Shown here one piece after another: positions 35,845 to 50,354 of a stretch of DNA of 64,000 nt (positions are counted from its first letter, which is position 1; each line of letters opens with the position of its first letter). The DNA lies in NCBI RefSeq assembly GCF_009914755.1, contig NC_060944.1. One strand, given 5' to 3'. The notes under the pieces are model-generated. The model searched no databases and had not been told where the DNA came from. It saw only the letters and a program-made list of their open reading frames with translations. The DNA is from the human T2T-CHM13v2.0 reference genome, Homo sapiens. A program made the position numbers and the translations under genes.

Positions 35845-38800
35845 TGAAGTCACAGAGTTGAACATTCCCTTTGAGAGAGCAGGTTTGAAACACGCCTTTT
35901 GTCATATCTGGAAGTGTCCATTCGGAGCGCATTCAGGCTTGTGTTGAAAAAGGAAATATCCTCCCATAAAAACTAGACAGAAGCATTCTCAGAAACTTAT
36001 CTGTGATGTATGTACTCAACTAACAGAACTAAACCATCGTTTTGAAGGAGCAGTTTTGAAACACTCTTTTTGCGGAATCTGCAAGTGGATATTTGGCTAG
36101 CTGGGAGGATTTCGTTGGAAACGGGATTACATACAAAAAGCAGACAGCAGCATTCTCAGAAACTTCTTTGTGATGTTTGCATTCAAGTCACAGAGTTGAA
36201 CATTCCCTTTCATAGAGCAGGTTTGAAACACTCTTTTTGTAGTATCTGGATGTGGACATTTGGATCGCTTTCAGGCCTATGGTGAAAAAGGAAATATCTT
36301 CCCATGAAAACTAGACAGAAGCATTCTCAGAAACTTATTTGTGATGTGTGCCCTCAACTGACAGTGTTGAACCTTTGTTTTGATAGAGCAGTTCTGAAAC
36401 ACACTTTTTGTAAAATCTGCAAGAGGATATTTGGATAGCTTTGAGGATTTCGTTGGAAACGGGAATGTCTTCATGTAAACTCTAGACAGAAGCATTCTCA
36501 GAAACTGCTTTGGGATGTTTCAATTGAAGTCCCAGTGTTGAACATTCCCATTCATAGAGCAGGTTTGAAACACTCTTTTTGTACTATCTGGAAGTGGACA
36601 TTTGGAGCGCTTTCAGGTCTACGGTGAAAAAGGAGATATCTTCCAATAAAAACTAGATAGAAGCAATGTCAGAACTTTTTTCATGATGTATCTACTCAGC
36701 AAACAGAGTTGAACCTTTCTTTTGAGAGAGCAGTTTTGAAACACTCTTTTTGTGGAATATGCAAGTGGGTATTAGGCCAGCTTGGAGGATTTCGTTGGAA
36801 ACGGGAATACGTATAAAAAGCAGACAGCAGCATTGTCAGAAACTACTTTGTGATGTTTGCATTCAAGTCACAGAATTGAACACTCCCTTTCACAGAGCAG
36901 GTTTGAAACACTCTTTTTGTAGTGTCTGTAAGTGAACATTTGGATTGCTTTCAGGCCTAAGGTGAAAAAGGAAATATCTTCCCATAAAAACTAGACAGAA
37001 GCATTCTCAGAAACTTGTTTGTGATGTGTGCCCTCTACTGACAGAGTTGAACCTTTCTTTGCAAAGAGCAGTTTTGAAACACTCTTTTTGTAGAATCTGC
37101 AAGAGGATATTTGGATAGCTTTGAGGATTTCTTGGGAAACGGGAATGTCTTCAGATAAACTCTAGACAGAAGCATTCTCAGAAACTTCTTTGGGATGTTT
37201 CAATTGAAGTCACAGTGTTGAACATTCCCTTTCACAGAGCAGGTTTGAAACACTCTTTTTGTAGTGTCTATAAGTGAACATTTGGCGTGCTTTCAGGCCT
37301 AACGTGAAAAAGGAAATATCTTCCCATAAAAACTAGACAGAAGCATTCTCAGAAACTTGTTCTTGATGTGTCCCCTCTACTGACAGAGTTGAACCTTTCT
37401 TTGCAAAGAGCAGCTTTGAAACACTCTTTTTGTAGAATCTGCAAGAGGATATTTGGATAGCTTGGAGGATTTCGTTGGAAACGGGTATGTCTTCAGATAA
37501 ACTCTAGACAGAAGCATTCTCAGAAACTTCTTTGGGATGTTGCATTCAAGTCACAGAGTAGAACATTCCCATTCATAGAGCAGATTTGAAACACTCTTTT
37601 TGTAGTATCTGGAAGTGGACATTTGGAGCGCTTTCAGGCCTATGTTGAAAAAGGAAATATCTTCCCATAAAAACTAGACGGAAGCATTCTCAGAAACTTA
37701 TTTGTGATGTGTTTGCTCAACTAACAGGATTGAACCATCGTTTTGAAGGAGCAGTTTTGAAACACTGTTTTCGTGGAATCTGCAAGTGGATATTTGGCTA
37801 GCTTTGAGGATTTCGTTGGAAACGGGATTACATATAAAAAGGAGACAGCAGCATTCTCAGAAACTTCCTTGTGATGTCTGCATTCAATTCACAGAGTTGA
37901 GCATTCCCTTTCATAGAGCAGGTTGGAAACACTCTTTTTGTAGTATCTGGATGAGGACATTTGGAGCGCTTTCAGGCGTATGGTGAAAAAGGAAATATCT
38001 TCCCGTAAAAACTAGACAGAAGCATTCTCAGAAGTTTATTTGTGATGTGTGCCCTCAACTAACAGAGTTGAACCTTTCTTTTGATAGAGCAGTTTTGAAA
38101 CACTCTTTTTGTAAAATCTGCAAGAGGATATTTGGATAGCTTTGAGGATTTCGTTGCAAACGGGAATGGCTTCATATAAACTCTAGACAGAAGCATTCTC
38201 AGAAACTTCGTTGGGATGTTTCGATTGAAGTCCCAGTGTTGAACATTCCCTTTTATAGAGCAGGTTGGAAACACTCTTTCTGCATTCCCTGGAAGTGGAC
38301 ATTTGGAGCGCTTTCAGGACGACGGTGAAAATGGAAATATCTTCCAAGAAAATCTAGATAGAAGCAATGTCAGAAACTTTTATGTGATGGATCTACTCAG
38401 CTAACAGAGTTGAACCTTTCTTTTGAGAGAGCAGTTTTGCAACACTCTTTTTGTGGAATATGCAAGTGGATATTAGGGCAGCTTTGAGGATTTCGTTGGA
38501 AACGGGAATACATGTAAAAAGCAGACAGCAGCATTCTCAGAAACTTCTTTGTGATGTTTGCATTGAAGTCACAGAGTTGAACATTCCCTTTGAGAGAGCA
38601 GGTTTGAAACACGCCTTTTGTCATATCTGGAAGTGTCCATTCGGAGCGCATTCAGGCTTGTGTTGAAAAAGGAAATATCCTCCCATAAAAACTAGACAGA
38701 AGCATTCTCAGAAACTTATCTGTGATGTATGTACTCAACTAACAGAACTAAACCATCGTTTTGAAGGAGCAGTTTTGAAACACTCTTTTTGCGGAATCTG

Positions 38801-40504
38801 CAAGTGGATATTTGGCTAGCTGGGAGGATTTCGTTGGAAACGGGATTACATACAAAAAGCAGACAGCAGCATTCTCAGAAACTTCTTTGTGATGTTTGCA
38901 TTCAAGTCACAGAGTTGAACATTCCCTTTCATAGAGCAGGTTTGAAACACTCTTTTTGTAGTATCTGGATGTGGACATTTGGATCGCTTTCAGGCCTATG
39001 GTGAAAAAGGAAATATCTTCCCATGAAAACTAGACAGAAGCATTCTCAGAAACTTATTTGTGATGTGTGCCCTCAACTGACAGTGTTGAACCTTTGTTTT
39101 GATAGAGCAGTTCTGAAACACACTTTTTGTAAAATCTGCAAGAGGATATTTGGATAGCTTTGAGGATTTCGTTGGAAACGGGAATGTCTTCATGTAAACT
39201 CTGGACAGAAGCATTCTCAGAAACTGCTTTGGGATGTTTCAATTGAAGTCCCAGTGTTGAACATTCCCTTTCATAGAGCAGGTTTGAAACACTCTTTTTG
39301 TACTATCTGGAAGTGGACATTTGGAGCGCTTTCAGGTCTACGGTGAAAAAGGAGATATCTTCCAATAAAAACTAGATAGAAGCAATGTCAGAACTTTTTT
39401 CATGATGTATCTACTCAGCAAACAGAGTTGAACCTTTCTTTTGAGAGAGCAGTTTTGAAACACTCTTTTTGTGGAATATGCAAGTGGGTATTAGGCCAGC
39501 TTGGAGGATTTCGTTGGAAACGGGAATACGTATAAAAAGCAGACAGCAGCATTGTCAGAAACTACTTTGTGATGTTTGCATTCAAGTCACAGAATTGAAC
39601 ACTCCCTTTCACAGAGCAGGTTTGAAACACTCTTTTTGTAGTGTCTGTAAGTGAACATTTGGATTGCTTTCAGGCCTAAGGTGAAAAAGGAAATATCTTC
39701 CCATAAAAACTAGACAGAAGCATTCTCAGAAACTTGTTTGTGATGTGTGCCCTCTACTGACAGAGTTGAACCTTTCTTTGCAAAGAGCAGTTTTGAAACA
39801 CTCTTTTTGTAGAATCTGCAAGAGGATATTTGGATAGCTTTGAGGATTTCTTGGGAAACGGGAATGTCTTCAGATAAACTCTAGACAGAAGCATTCTCAG
39901 AAACTTCTTTGGGATGTTTCAATTGAAGTCACAGTGTTAAACATTCCCTTTCACAGAGCAGGTTTGAAACACTCTTTTTGTAGTGTCTATAAGTGAACAT
40001 TTGGCGTGCTTTCAGGCCTAACGTGAAAAAGGAAATATCTTCCCATAAAAACTAGACAGAAGCATTCTCAGAAACTTGTTCGTGATGTGTGCCCTCTACT
40101 GACAGAGTTGAACCTTTCTTTGCAAAAAGCAGCTTTGAAACACACTTTTTGTAGAATCTGCAAGAGGATATTTGGATAGCTTGGAGGATTTCGTTGGAAA
40201 CGGGTATGTCTTCAGATAAACTCTAGACAGAAGCATTCTCAGAAACTTCTTTGGGATGTTGCATTCAAGTCACAGAGTAGAACATTCCCATTCATAGAGC
40301 AGATTTGAAACACTCTTTTTGTAGTATCTGGAAGTGGACATTTGGAGCGCTTTCAGGCCTATGTTGAAAAAGGAAATATCTTCCAATAAAAACTAGACGG
40401 AAGCATTCTCAGAAACTTACTTGTGATGTGTTTGCTCAACTAACAGGATTGAACCATCGTTTTGAAGGAGCAGTTTTGAAACACTGTTTTCGTGGAATCT
40501 GCAA

Positions 40505-42881
40505 GTGGATATTTGGCTAGCTTTGAGGATTTCGTTGGAAACGGGATTACATATAAAAAGGAGACAGCAGCATTCTCAGAAACTTCTTTGTGATGTCTGC
40601 ATTCAATTCACAGAGTTGAGCATTCCCTTTCATAGAGCAGGTTGGAAACACTCTTTCTGCATTCCCTGGAAGTGGACATTTGGAGCGCTTTCAGGACGAC
40701 GGTGAAAATGGAAATATCTTCCAAGAAAATCTAGATAGAAGCAATGTCAGAAACTTTTATGTGATGGATCTACTCAGCTAACAGAGTTGAACCTTTCTTT
40801 TGAGAGAGCAGTTTTGCAACACTCTTTTTGTGGAATATGCAAGTGGATATTAGGGCAGCTTTGAGGATTTCGTTGGAAACGGGAATACATGTAAAAAGCA
40901 GACAGCAGCATTCTCAGAAACTTCTTTGTGATGTTTGCATTGAAGTCACAGAGTTGAACATTCCCTTTGAGAGAGCAGGTTTGAAACACGCCTTTTGTCA
41001 TATCTGGAAGTGTCCATTCGGAGCGCATTCAGGCTTGTGTTGAAAAAGGAAATATCCTCCCATAAAAACTAGACAGAAGCATTCTCAGAAACTTATCTGT
41101 GATGTATGTACTCAACTAACAGAACTAAACCATCGTTTTGAAGGAGCAGTTTTGAAACACTCATTTTGCGGAATCTGCAAGTGGATATTTGGCTAGCTGG
41201 GAGGATTTCGTTGGAAACGGGATTACATACAAAAAGCAGACAGCAGCATTCTCAGAAACTTCTTTGTGATGTTTGCATTCAAGTCACAGAGTTGAACATT
41301 CCCTTTCATAGAGCAGGTTTGAAACACTCTTTTTGTAGTATCTGGATGTGGACATTTGGATCGCTTTCAGGCCTATGGTGAAAAAGGAAATATCTTCCCA
41401 TGAAGACTAGACAGAAGCATTCTCAGAAACTTATTTGTGATGTGTGCCCTCAACTGACAGTGTTGAACCTTTGTTTTGATAGAGCAGTTCTGAAACACAC
41501 TTTTTGTAAAATCTGGAAGAGGATATTTGGATAGCTTTGAGGATTTCGTTGGAAACGGGAATGTCTTCATGTAAATTCTAGACAGAAGCATTCTCAGAAA
41601 CTGCTTTGGGATGTTTCAATTGAAGTCCCAGTGTTGAACATTCCCATTCATAGAGCAGGTTTGAAACACTCTTTTTATACTATCTGGAAGTGGACATGTG
41701 GAGCGCTTTCAGGTCTACGGTGAAAAAGGAGATATCTTCCAATAAAAACTAGATAGAAGCAATGTCAGAACTTTTTTCATGATGTATCTACTCAGCAAAC
41801 AGAGTTGAACCTTTCTTTTGAGAGAGCAGTTTTGAAACACTCTTTTTGTGGAATATGCAAGTGGGTATTAGGCCAGCTTGGAGGATTTCGTTGGAAACGG
41901 GAATACGTATAAAAAGCAGACAGCAGCATTGTCAGAAACTACTTTGTGATGTTTGCATTCAAGTCACAGAATTGAACACTCCCTTTCACAGAGCAGGTTT
42001 GAAACACTCTTTTTGTAGTGTCTGTAAGTGAACATTTGGATTGCTTTCAGGCCTAAGGTGAAAAAGGAAATATTTTCCCATAAAAACTAGACAGAAGCAT
42101 TCTCAGAAACTTGTTTGTGATGTGTGCCCTCTACTGACAGAGTTGAAGCTTTCTTTGCAAAGAGCAGTTTTGAAACACTCTTTTTGTAGAATCTGCAAGA
42201 GGATATTTGGATAGCTTTGAAGATTTCTTGGGAAACGGGAATGTCTTCAGATAAACTCTAGACAGAAGCATTCTCAGAAACTTCTTTGGGATGTTTCAAT
42301 TGAAGTCACAGTGTTGAACATTCCCTTTCACAGAGCAGGTTTGAAACACTCTTTTTGTAGTGTCTATAAGTGAACATTTGGCGTGCTTTCAGGCCTAACG
42401 TGAAAAAGGAAATATCTTCCCATAAAAACTAGACAGAAGCATTCTCAGAAACTTGTTCTTGATGTGTCCCCTCTACTGACAGAGTTGAACCTTTCTTTGC
42501 AAAGAGCAGCTTTGAAACACTCTTTTTGTAGAATCTGCAAGAGGATATTTGGATAGCTTGGAGGATTTCGTTGGAAACGGGTATGTCTTCAGATAAACTC
42601 TAGACAGAAGCATTCTCAGAAACTTCTTTGGGATGTTGCATTCAAGTCACAGAGTAGAACATTCCCATTCATAGAGCAGATTTGAAACACTCTTTTTGTA
42701 GTATCTGGAAGTGGACATTTGGAGCGCTTTCAGGCCTATGTTGAAAAAGGAAATATCTTCCCATAAAAACTAGACGGAAGCATTCTCAGAAACTTATTTG
42801 TGATGTGTTTGCTCAACTAACAGGATTGAACCATCGTTTTGAAGGAGCAGTTTTGAAACACTGTTTTCGTGGAATCTGCAA
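40505..42881 (+). repeat. 14-mer HOR structural variant type B (2377 bp), copy 1
   Basis: Spacing 40505 to 42882 is 2377 bp (2719 minus 342). Hybrid monomer gagcattccctttc-atagagcaggttggaaacactcttt-ctgcattccctgg with junction at 40632-40656. Confidence 0.95.
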
Positions 42882-45600
42882 GTGGATATTTGGCTAGCTT
42901 TGAGGATTTCGTTGGAAACGGGATTACATATAAAAAGGAGACAGCAGCATTCTCAGAAACTTCTTTGTGATGTCTGCATTCAATTCACAGAGTTGAGCAT
43001 TCCCTTTCATAGAGCAGGTTGGAAACACTCTTTTTGTAGTATCTGGATGAGGACATTTGGAGCGCTTTCAGGCGTATGGTGAAAAAGGAAATATCTTCCC
43101 GTAAAAACTAGACAGAAGCATTCTCAGAAGTTTATTTGTGATGTGTGCCCTCAACTAACAGAGTTGAACCTTTCTTTTGATAGAGCAGTTTTGAAACACT
43201 CTTTTTGTAAACTCTGCAAGAGGATATTTGGATAGCTTTGAGGATTTCGTTGCAAACGGGAATGGCTTCATATAAACTCTAGACAGAAGCATTCTCAGAA
43301 ACTTCGTTGGGATGTTTCGATTGAAGTCCCAGTGTTGAACATTCCCTTTTATAGAGCAGGTTGGAAACACTCTTTCTGCATTCCCTGGAAGTGGACATTT
43401 GGAGCGCTTTCAGGACGACGGTGAAAATGGAAATATCTTCCAAGAAAATCTAGATAGAAGCAATGTCAGAAACTTTTATGTGATGGATCTACTCAGCTAA
43501 CAGAGTTGAACCTTTCTTTTGAGAGAGCAGTTTTGCAACACTCTTTTTGTGGAATATGCAAGTGGATATTAGGGCAGCTTTGAGGATTTCGTTGGAAACG
43601 GGAATACATGTAAAAAGCAGACAGCAGCATTCTCAGAAACTTCTTTGTGATGTTTGCATTGAAGTCACAGAGTTGAACATTCCCTTTGAGAGAGCAGGTT
43701 TGAAACACGCCTTTTGTCATATCTGGAAGTGTCCATTCGGAGCGCATTCAGGCTTGTGTTGAAAAAGGAAATATCCTCCCATAAAAACTAGACAGAAGCA
43801 TTCTCAGAAACTTATCTGTGATGTATGTACTCAACTAACAGAACTAAACCATCGTTTTGAAGGAGCAGTTTTGAAACACTCTTTTTGCGGAATCTGCAAG
43901 TGGATATTTGGCTAGCTGGGAGGATTTCGTTGGAAACGGGATTACATACAAAAAGCAGACAGCAGCATTCTCAGAAACTTCTTTGTGATGTTTGCATTCA
44001 AGTCACAGAGTTGAACATTCCCTTTCATAGAGCAGGTTTGAAACACTCTTTTTGTAGTATCTGGATGTGGACATTTGGATCGCTTTCAGGCCTATGGTGA
44101 AAAAGGAAATATCTTCCCATGAAAACTAGACAGAAGCATTCTCAGAAACTTATTTGTGATGTGTGCCCTCAACTGACAGTGTTGAACCTTTGTTTTGATA
44201 GAGCAGTTCTGAAACACACTTTTTGTAAAATCTGCAAGAGGATATTTGGATAGCTTTGAGGATTTCGTTGGAAACGGGAATGTCTTCATGTAAACTCTGG
44301 ACAGAAGCATTCTCAGAAACTGCTTTGGGATGTTTCAATTGAAGTCCCAGTGTTGAACATTCCCTTTCATAGAGCAGGTTTGAAACACTCTTTTTGTACT
44401 ATCTGGAAGTGGACATTTGGAGCGCTTTCAGGTCTACGGTGAAAAAGGAGATATCTTCCAATAAAAACTAGATAGAAGCAATGTCAGAACTTTTTTCATG
44501 ATGTATCTACTCAGCAAACAGAGTTGAACCTTTCTTTTGAGAGAGCAGTTTTGAAACACTCTTTTTGTGGAATATGCAAGTGGGTATTAGGCCAGCTTGG
44601 AGGATTTCGTTGGAAACGGGAATACGTATAAAAAGCAGACAGCAGCATTGTCAGAAACTACTTTGTGATGTTTGCATTCAAGTCACAGAATTGAACACTC
44701 CCTTTCACAGAGCAGGTTTGAAACACTCTTTTTGTAGTGTCTGTAAGTGAACATTTGGATTGCTTTCAGGCCTAAGGTGAAAAAGGAAATATCTTCCCAT
44801 AAAAACTAGACAGAAGCATTCTCAGAAACTTGTTTGTGATGTGTGCCCTCTACTGACAGAGTTGAACCTTTCTTTGCAAAGAGCAGTTTTGAAACACTCT
44901 TTTTGTAGAATCTGCAAGAGGATATTTGGATAGCTTTGAGGATTTCTTGGGAAACGGGAATGTCTTCAGATAAACTCTAGACAGAAGCATTCTCAGAAAC
45001 TTCTTTGGGATGTTTCAATTGAAGTCACAGTGTTAAACATTCCCTTTCACAGAGCAGGTTTGAAACACTCTTTTTGTAGTGTCTATAAGTGAACATTTGG
45101 CGTGCTTTCAGGCCTAACGTGAAAAAGGAAATATCTTCCCATAAAAACTAGACAGAAGCATTCTCAGAAACTTGTTCGTGATGTGTGCCCTCTACTGACA
45201 GAGTTGAACCTTTCTTTGCAAAGAGCAGCTTTGAAACACACTTTTTGTAGAATCTGCAAGAGGATATTTGGATAGCTTGGAGGATTTCGTTGGAAACGGG
45301 TATGTCTTCAGATAAACTCTAGACAGAAGCATTCTCAGAAACTTCTTTGGGATGTTGCATTCAAGTCACAGAGTAGAACATTCCCATTCATAGAGCAGAT
45401 TTGAAACACTCTTTTTGTAGTATCTGGAAGTGGACATTTGGAGCGCTTTCAGGCCTATGTTGAAAAAGGAAATATCTTCCAATAAAAACTAGACGGAAGC
45501 ATTCTCAGAAACTTACTTGTGATGTGTTTGCTCAACTAACAGGATTGAACCATCGTTTTGAAGGAGCAGTTTTGAAACACTGTTTTCGTGGAATCTGCAA

Positions 45601-47977
45601 GTGGATATTTGGCTAGCTTTGAGGATTTCGTTGGAAACGGGATTACATATAAAAAGGAGACAGCAGCATTCTCAGAAACTTCTTTGTGATGTCTGCATTC
45701 AATTCACAGAGTTGAGCATTCCCTTTCATAGAGCAGGTTGGAAACACTCTTTCTGCATTCCCTGGAAGTGGACATTTGGAGCGCTTTCAGGACGACGGTG
45801 AAAATGGAAATATCTTCCAAGAAAATCTAGATAGAAGCAATGTCAGAAACTTTTATGTGATGGATCTACTCAGCTAACAGAGTTGAACCTTTCTTTTGAG
45901 AGAGCAGTTTTGCAACACTCTTTTTGTGGAATATGCAAGTGGATATTAGGGCAGCTTTGAGGATTTCGTTGGAAACGGGAATACATGTAAAAAGCAGACA
46001 GCAGCATTCTCAGAAACTTCTTTGTGATGTTTGCATTGAAGTCACAGAGTTGAACATTCCCTTTGAGAGAGCAGGTTTGAAACACGCCTTTTGTCATATC
46101 TGGAAGTGTCCATTCGGAGCGCATTCAGGCTTGTGTTGAAAAAGGAAATATCCTCCCATAAAAACTAGACAGAAGCATTCTCAGAAACTTATCTGTGATG
46201 TATGTACTCAACTAACAGAACTAAACCATCGTTTTGAAGGAGCAGTTTTGAAACACTCTTTTTGCGGAATCTGCAAGTGGATATTTGGCTAGCTGGGAGG
46301 ATTTCGTTGGAAACGGGATTACATACAAAAAGCAGACAGCAGCATTCTCAGAAACTTCTTTGTGATGTTTGCATTCAAGTCACAGAGTTGAACATTCCCT
46401 TTCATAGAGCAGGTTTGAAACACTCTTTTTGTAGTATCTGGATGTGGACATTTGGATCGCTTTCAGGCCTATGGTGAAAAAGGAAATATCTTCCCATGAA
46501 AACTAGACAGAAGCATTCTCAGAAACTTATTTGTGATGTGTGCCCTCAACTGACAGTGTTGAACCTTTGTTTTGATAGAGCAGTTCTGAAACACACTTTT
46601 TGTAAAATCTGCAAGAGGATATTTGGATAGCTTTGAGGATTTCGTTGGAAACGGGAATGTCTTCATGTAAACTCTGGACAGAAGCATTCTCAGAAACTGC
46701 TTTGGGATGTTTCAATTGAAGTCCCAGTGTTGAACATTCCCTTTCATAGAGCAGGTTTGAAACACTCTTTTTGTACTATCTGGAAGTGGACATTTGGAGC
46801 GCTTTCAGGTCTACGGTGAAAAAGGAGATATCTTCCAATAAAAACTAGATAGAAGCAATGTCAGAACTTTTTTCATGATGTATCTACTCAGCAAACAGAG
46901 TTGAACCTTTCTTTTGAGAGAGCAGTTTTGAAACACTCTTTTTGTGGAATATGCAAGTGGGTATTAGGCCAGCTTGGAGGATTTCGTTGGAAACGGGAAT
47001 ACGTATAAAAAGCAGACAGCAGCATTGTCAGAAACTACTTTGTGATGTTTGCATTCAAGTCACAGAATTGAACACTCCCTTTCACAGAGCAGGTTTGAAA
47101 CACTCTTTTTGTAGTGTCTGTAAGTGAACATTTGGATTGCTTTCAGGCCTAAGGTGAAAAAGGAAATATCTTCCCATAAAAACTAGACAGAAGCATTCTC
47201 AGAAACTTGTTTGTGATGTGTGCCCTCTACTGACAGAGTTGAACCTTTCTTTGCAAAGAGCAGTTTTGAAACACTCTTTTTGTAGAATCTGCAAGAGGAT
47301 ATTTGGATAGCTTTGAGGATTTCTTGGGAAACGGGAATGTCTTCAGATAAACTCTAGACAGAAGCATTCTCAGAAACTTCTTTGGGATGTTTCAATTGAA
47401 GTCACAGTGTTAAACATTCCCTTTCACAGAGCAGGTTTGAAACACTCTTTTTGTAGTGTCTATAAGTGAACATTTGGCGTGCTTTCAGGCCTAACGTGAA
47501 AAAGGAAATATCTTCCCATAAAAACTAGACAGAAGCATTCTCAGAAACTTGTTCGTGATGTGTGCCCTCTACTGACAGAGTTGAACCTTTCTTTGCAAAG
47601 AGCAGCTTTGAAACACACTTTTTGTAGAATCTGCAAGAGGATATTTGGATAGCTTGGAGGATTTCGTTGGAAACGGGTATGTCTTCAGATAAACTCTAGA
47701 CAGAAGCATTCTCAGAAACTTCTTTGGGATGTTGCATTCAAGTCACAGAGTAGAACATTCCCATTCATAGAGCAGATTTGAAACACTCTTTTTGTAGTAT
47801 CTGGAAGTGGACATTTGGAGCGCTTTCAGGCCTATGTTGAAAAAGGAAATATCTTCCAATAAAAACTAGACGGAAGCATTCTCAGAAACTTACTTGTGAT
47901 GTGTTTGCTCAACTAACAGGATTGAACCATCGTTTTGAAGGAGCAGTTTTGAAACACTGTTTTCGTGGAATCTGCAA
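45601..47977 (+). repeat. 14-mer HOR structural variant type B (2377 bp), copy 2
   Basis: Spacing 45601 to 47978 is 2377 bp. Same junction at 45728-45752. Confidence 0.95.
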
Positions 47978-50354
47978 GTGGATATTTGGCTAGCTTTGAG
48001 GATTTCGTTGGAAACGGGATTACATATAAAAAGGAGACAGCAGCATTCTCAGAAACTTCTTTGTGATGTCTGCATTCAATTCACAGAGTTGAGCATTCCC
48101 TTTCATAGAGCAGGTTGGAAACACTCTTTCTGCATTCCCTGGAAGTGGACATTTGGAGCGCTTTCAGGACGACGGTGAAAATGGAAATATCTTCCAAGAA
48201 AATCTAGATAGAAGCAATGTCAGAAACTTTTATGTGATGGATCTACTCAGCTAACAGAGTTGAACCTTTCTTTTGAGAGAGCAGTTTTGCAACACTCTTT
48301 TTGTGGAATATGCAAGTGGATATTAGGGCAGCTTTGAGGATTTCGTTGGAAACGGGAATACATGTAAAAAGCAGACAGCAGCATTCTCAGAAACTTCTTT
48401 GTGATGTTTGCATTGAAGTCACAGAGTTGAACATTCCCTTTGAGAGAGCAGGTTTGAAACACGCCTTTTGTCATATCTGGAAGTGTCCATTCGGAGCGCA
48501 TTCAGGCTTGTGTTGAAAAAGGAAATATCCTCCCATAAAAACTAGACAGAAGCATTCTCAGAAACTTATCTGTGATGTATGTACTCAACTAACAGAACTA
48601 AACCATCGTTTTGAAGGAGCAGTTTTGAAACACTCTTTTTGCGGAATCTGCAAGTGGATATTTGGCTAGCTGGGAGGATTTCGTTGGAAACGGGATTACA
48701 TACAAAAAGCAGACAGCAGCATTCTCAGAAACTTCTTTGTGATGTTTGCATTCAAGTCACAGAGTTGAACATTCCCTTTCATAGAGCAGGTTTGAAACAC
48801 TCTTTTTGTAGTATCTGGATGTGGACATTTGGATCGCTTTCAGGCCTATGGTGAAAAAGGAAATATCTTCCCATGAAGACTAGACAGAAGCATTCTCAGA
48901 AACTTATTTGTGATGTGTGCCCTCAACTGACAGTGTTGAACCTTTGTTTTGATAGAGCAGTTCTGAAACACACTTTTTGTAAAATCTGGAAGAGGATATT
49001 TGGATAGCTTTGAGGATTTCGTTGGAAACGGGAATGTCTTCATGTAAATTCTAGACAGAAGCATTCTCAGAAACTGCTTTGGGATGTTTCAATTGAAGTC
49101 CCAGTGTTGAACATTCCCATTCATAGAGCAGGTTTGAAACACTCTTTTTATACTATCTGGAAGTGGACATTTGGAGCGCTTTCAGGTCTACGGTGAAAAA
49201 GGAGATATCTTCCAATAAAAACTAGATAGAAGCAATGTCAGAACTTTTTTCATGATGTATCTACTCAGCAAACAGAGTTGAACCTTTCTTTTGAGAGAGC
49301 AGTTTTGAAACACTCTTTTTGTGGAATATGCAAGTGGGTATTAGGCCAGCTTGGAGGATTTCGTTGGAAACGGGAATACGTATAAAAAGCAGACAGCAGC
49401 ATTGTCAGAAACTACTTTGTGATGTTTGCATTCAAGTCACAGAATTGAACACTCCCTTTCACAGAGCAGGTTTGAAACACTCTTTTTGTAGTGTCTGTAA
49501 GTGAACATTTGGATTGCTTTCAGGCCTAAGGTGAAAAAGGAAATATTTTCCCATAAAAACTAGACAGAAGCATTCTCAGAAACTTGTTTGTGATGTGTGC
49601 CCTCTACTGACAGAGTTGAAGCTTTCTTTGCAAAGAGCAGTTTTGAAACACTCTTTTTGTAGAATCTGCAAGAGGATATTTGGATAGCTTTGAAGATTTC
49701 TTGGGAAACGGGAATGTCTTCAGATAAACTCTAGACAGAAGCATTCTCAGAAACTTCTTTGGGATGTTTCAATTGAAGTCACAGTGTTGAACATTCCCTT
49801 TCACAGAGCAGGTTTGAAACACTCTTTTTGTAGTGTCTATAAGTGAACATTTGGCGTGCTTTCAGGCCTAACGTGAAAAAGGAAATATCTTCCCATAAAA
49901 ACTAGACAGAAGCATTCTCAGAAACTTGTTCTTGATGTGTCCCCTCTACTGACAGAGTTGAACCTTTCTTTGCAAAGAGCAGCTTTGAAACACTCTTTTT
50001 GTAGAATCTGCAAGAGGATATTTGGATAGCTTGGAGGATTTCGTTGGAAACGGGTATGTCTTCAGATAAACTCTAGACAGAAGCATTCTCAGAAACTTCT
50101 TTGGGATGTTGCATTCAAGTCACAGAGTAGAACATTCCCATTCATAGAGCAGATTTGAAACACTCTTTTTGTAGTATCTGGAAGTGGACATTTGGAGCGC
50201 TTTCAGGCCTATGTTGAAAAAGGAAATATCTTCCCATAAAAACTAGACGGAAGCATTCTCAGAAACTTATTTGTGATGTGTTTGCTCAACTAACAGGATT
50301 GAACCATCGTTTTGAAGGAGCAGTTTTGAAACACTGTTTTCGTGGAATCTGCAA
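47978..50354 (+). repeat. 14-mer HOR structural variant type B (2377 bp), copy 3
   Basis: Spacing 47978 to 50355 is 2377 bp. Same junction at 48105-48129. Shares rare SNPs with copy 1. Confidence 0.95.
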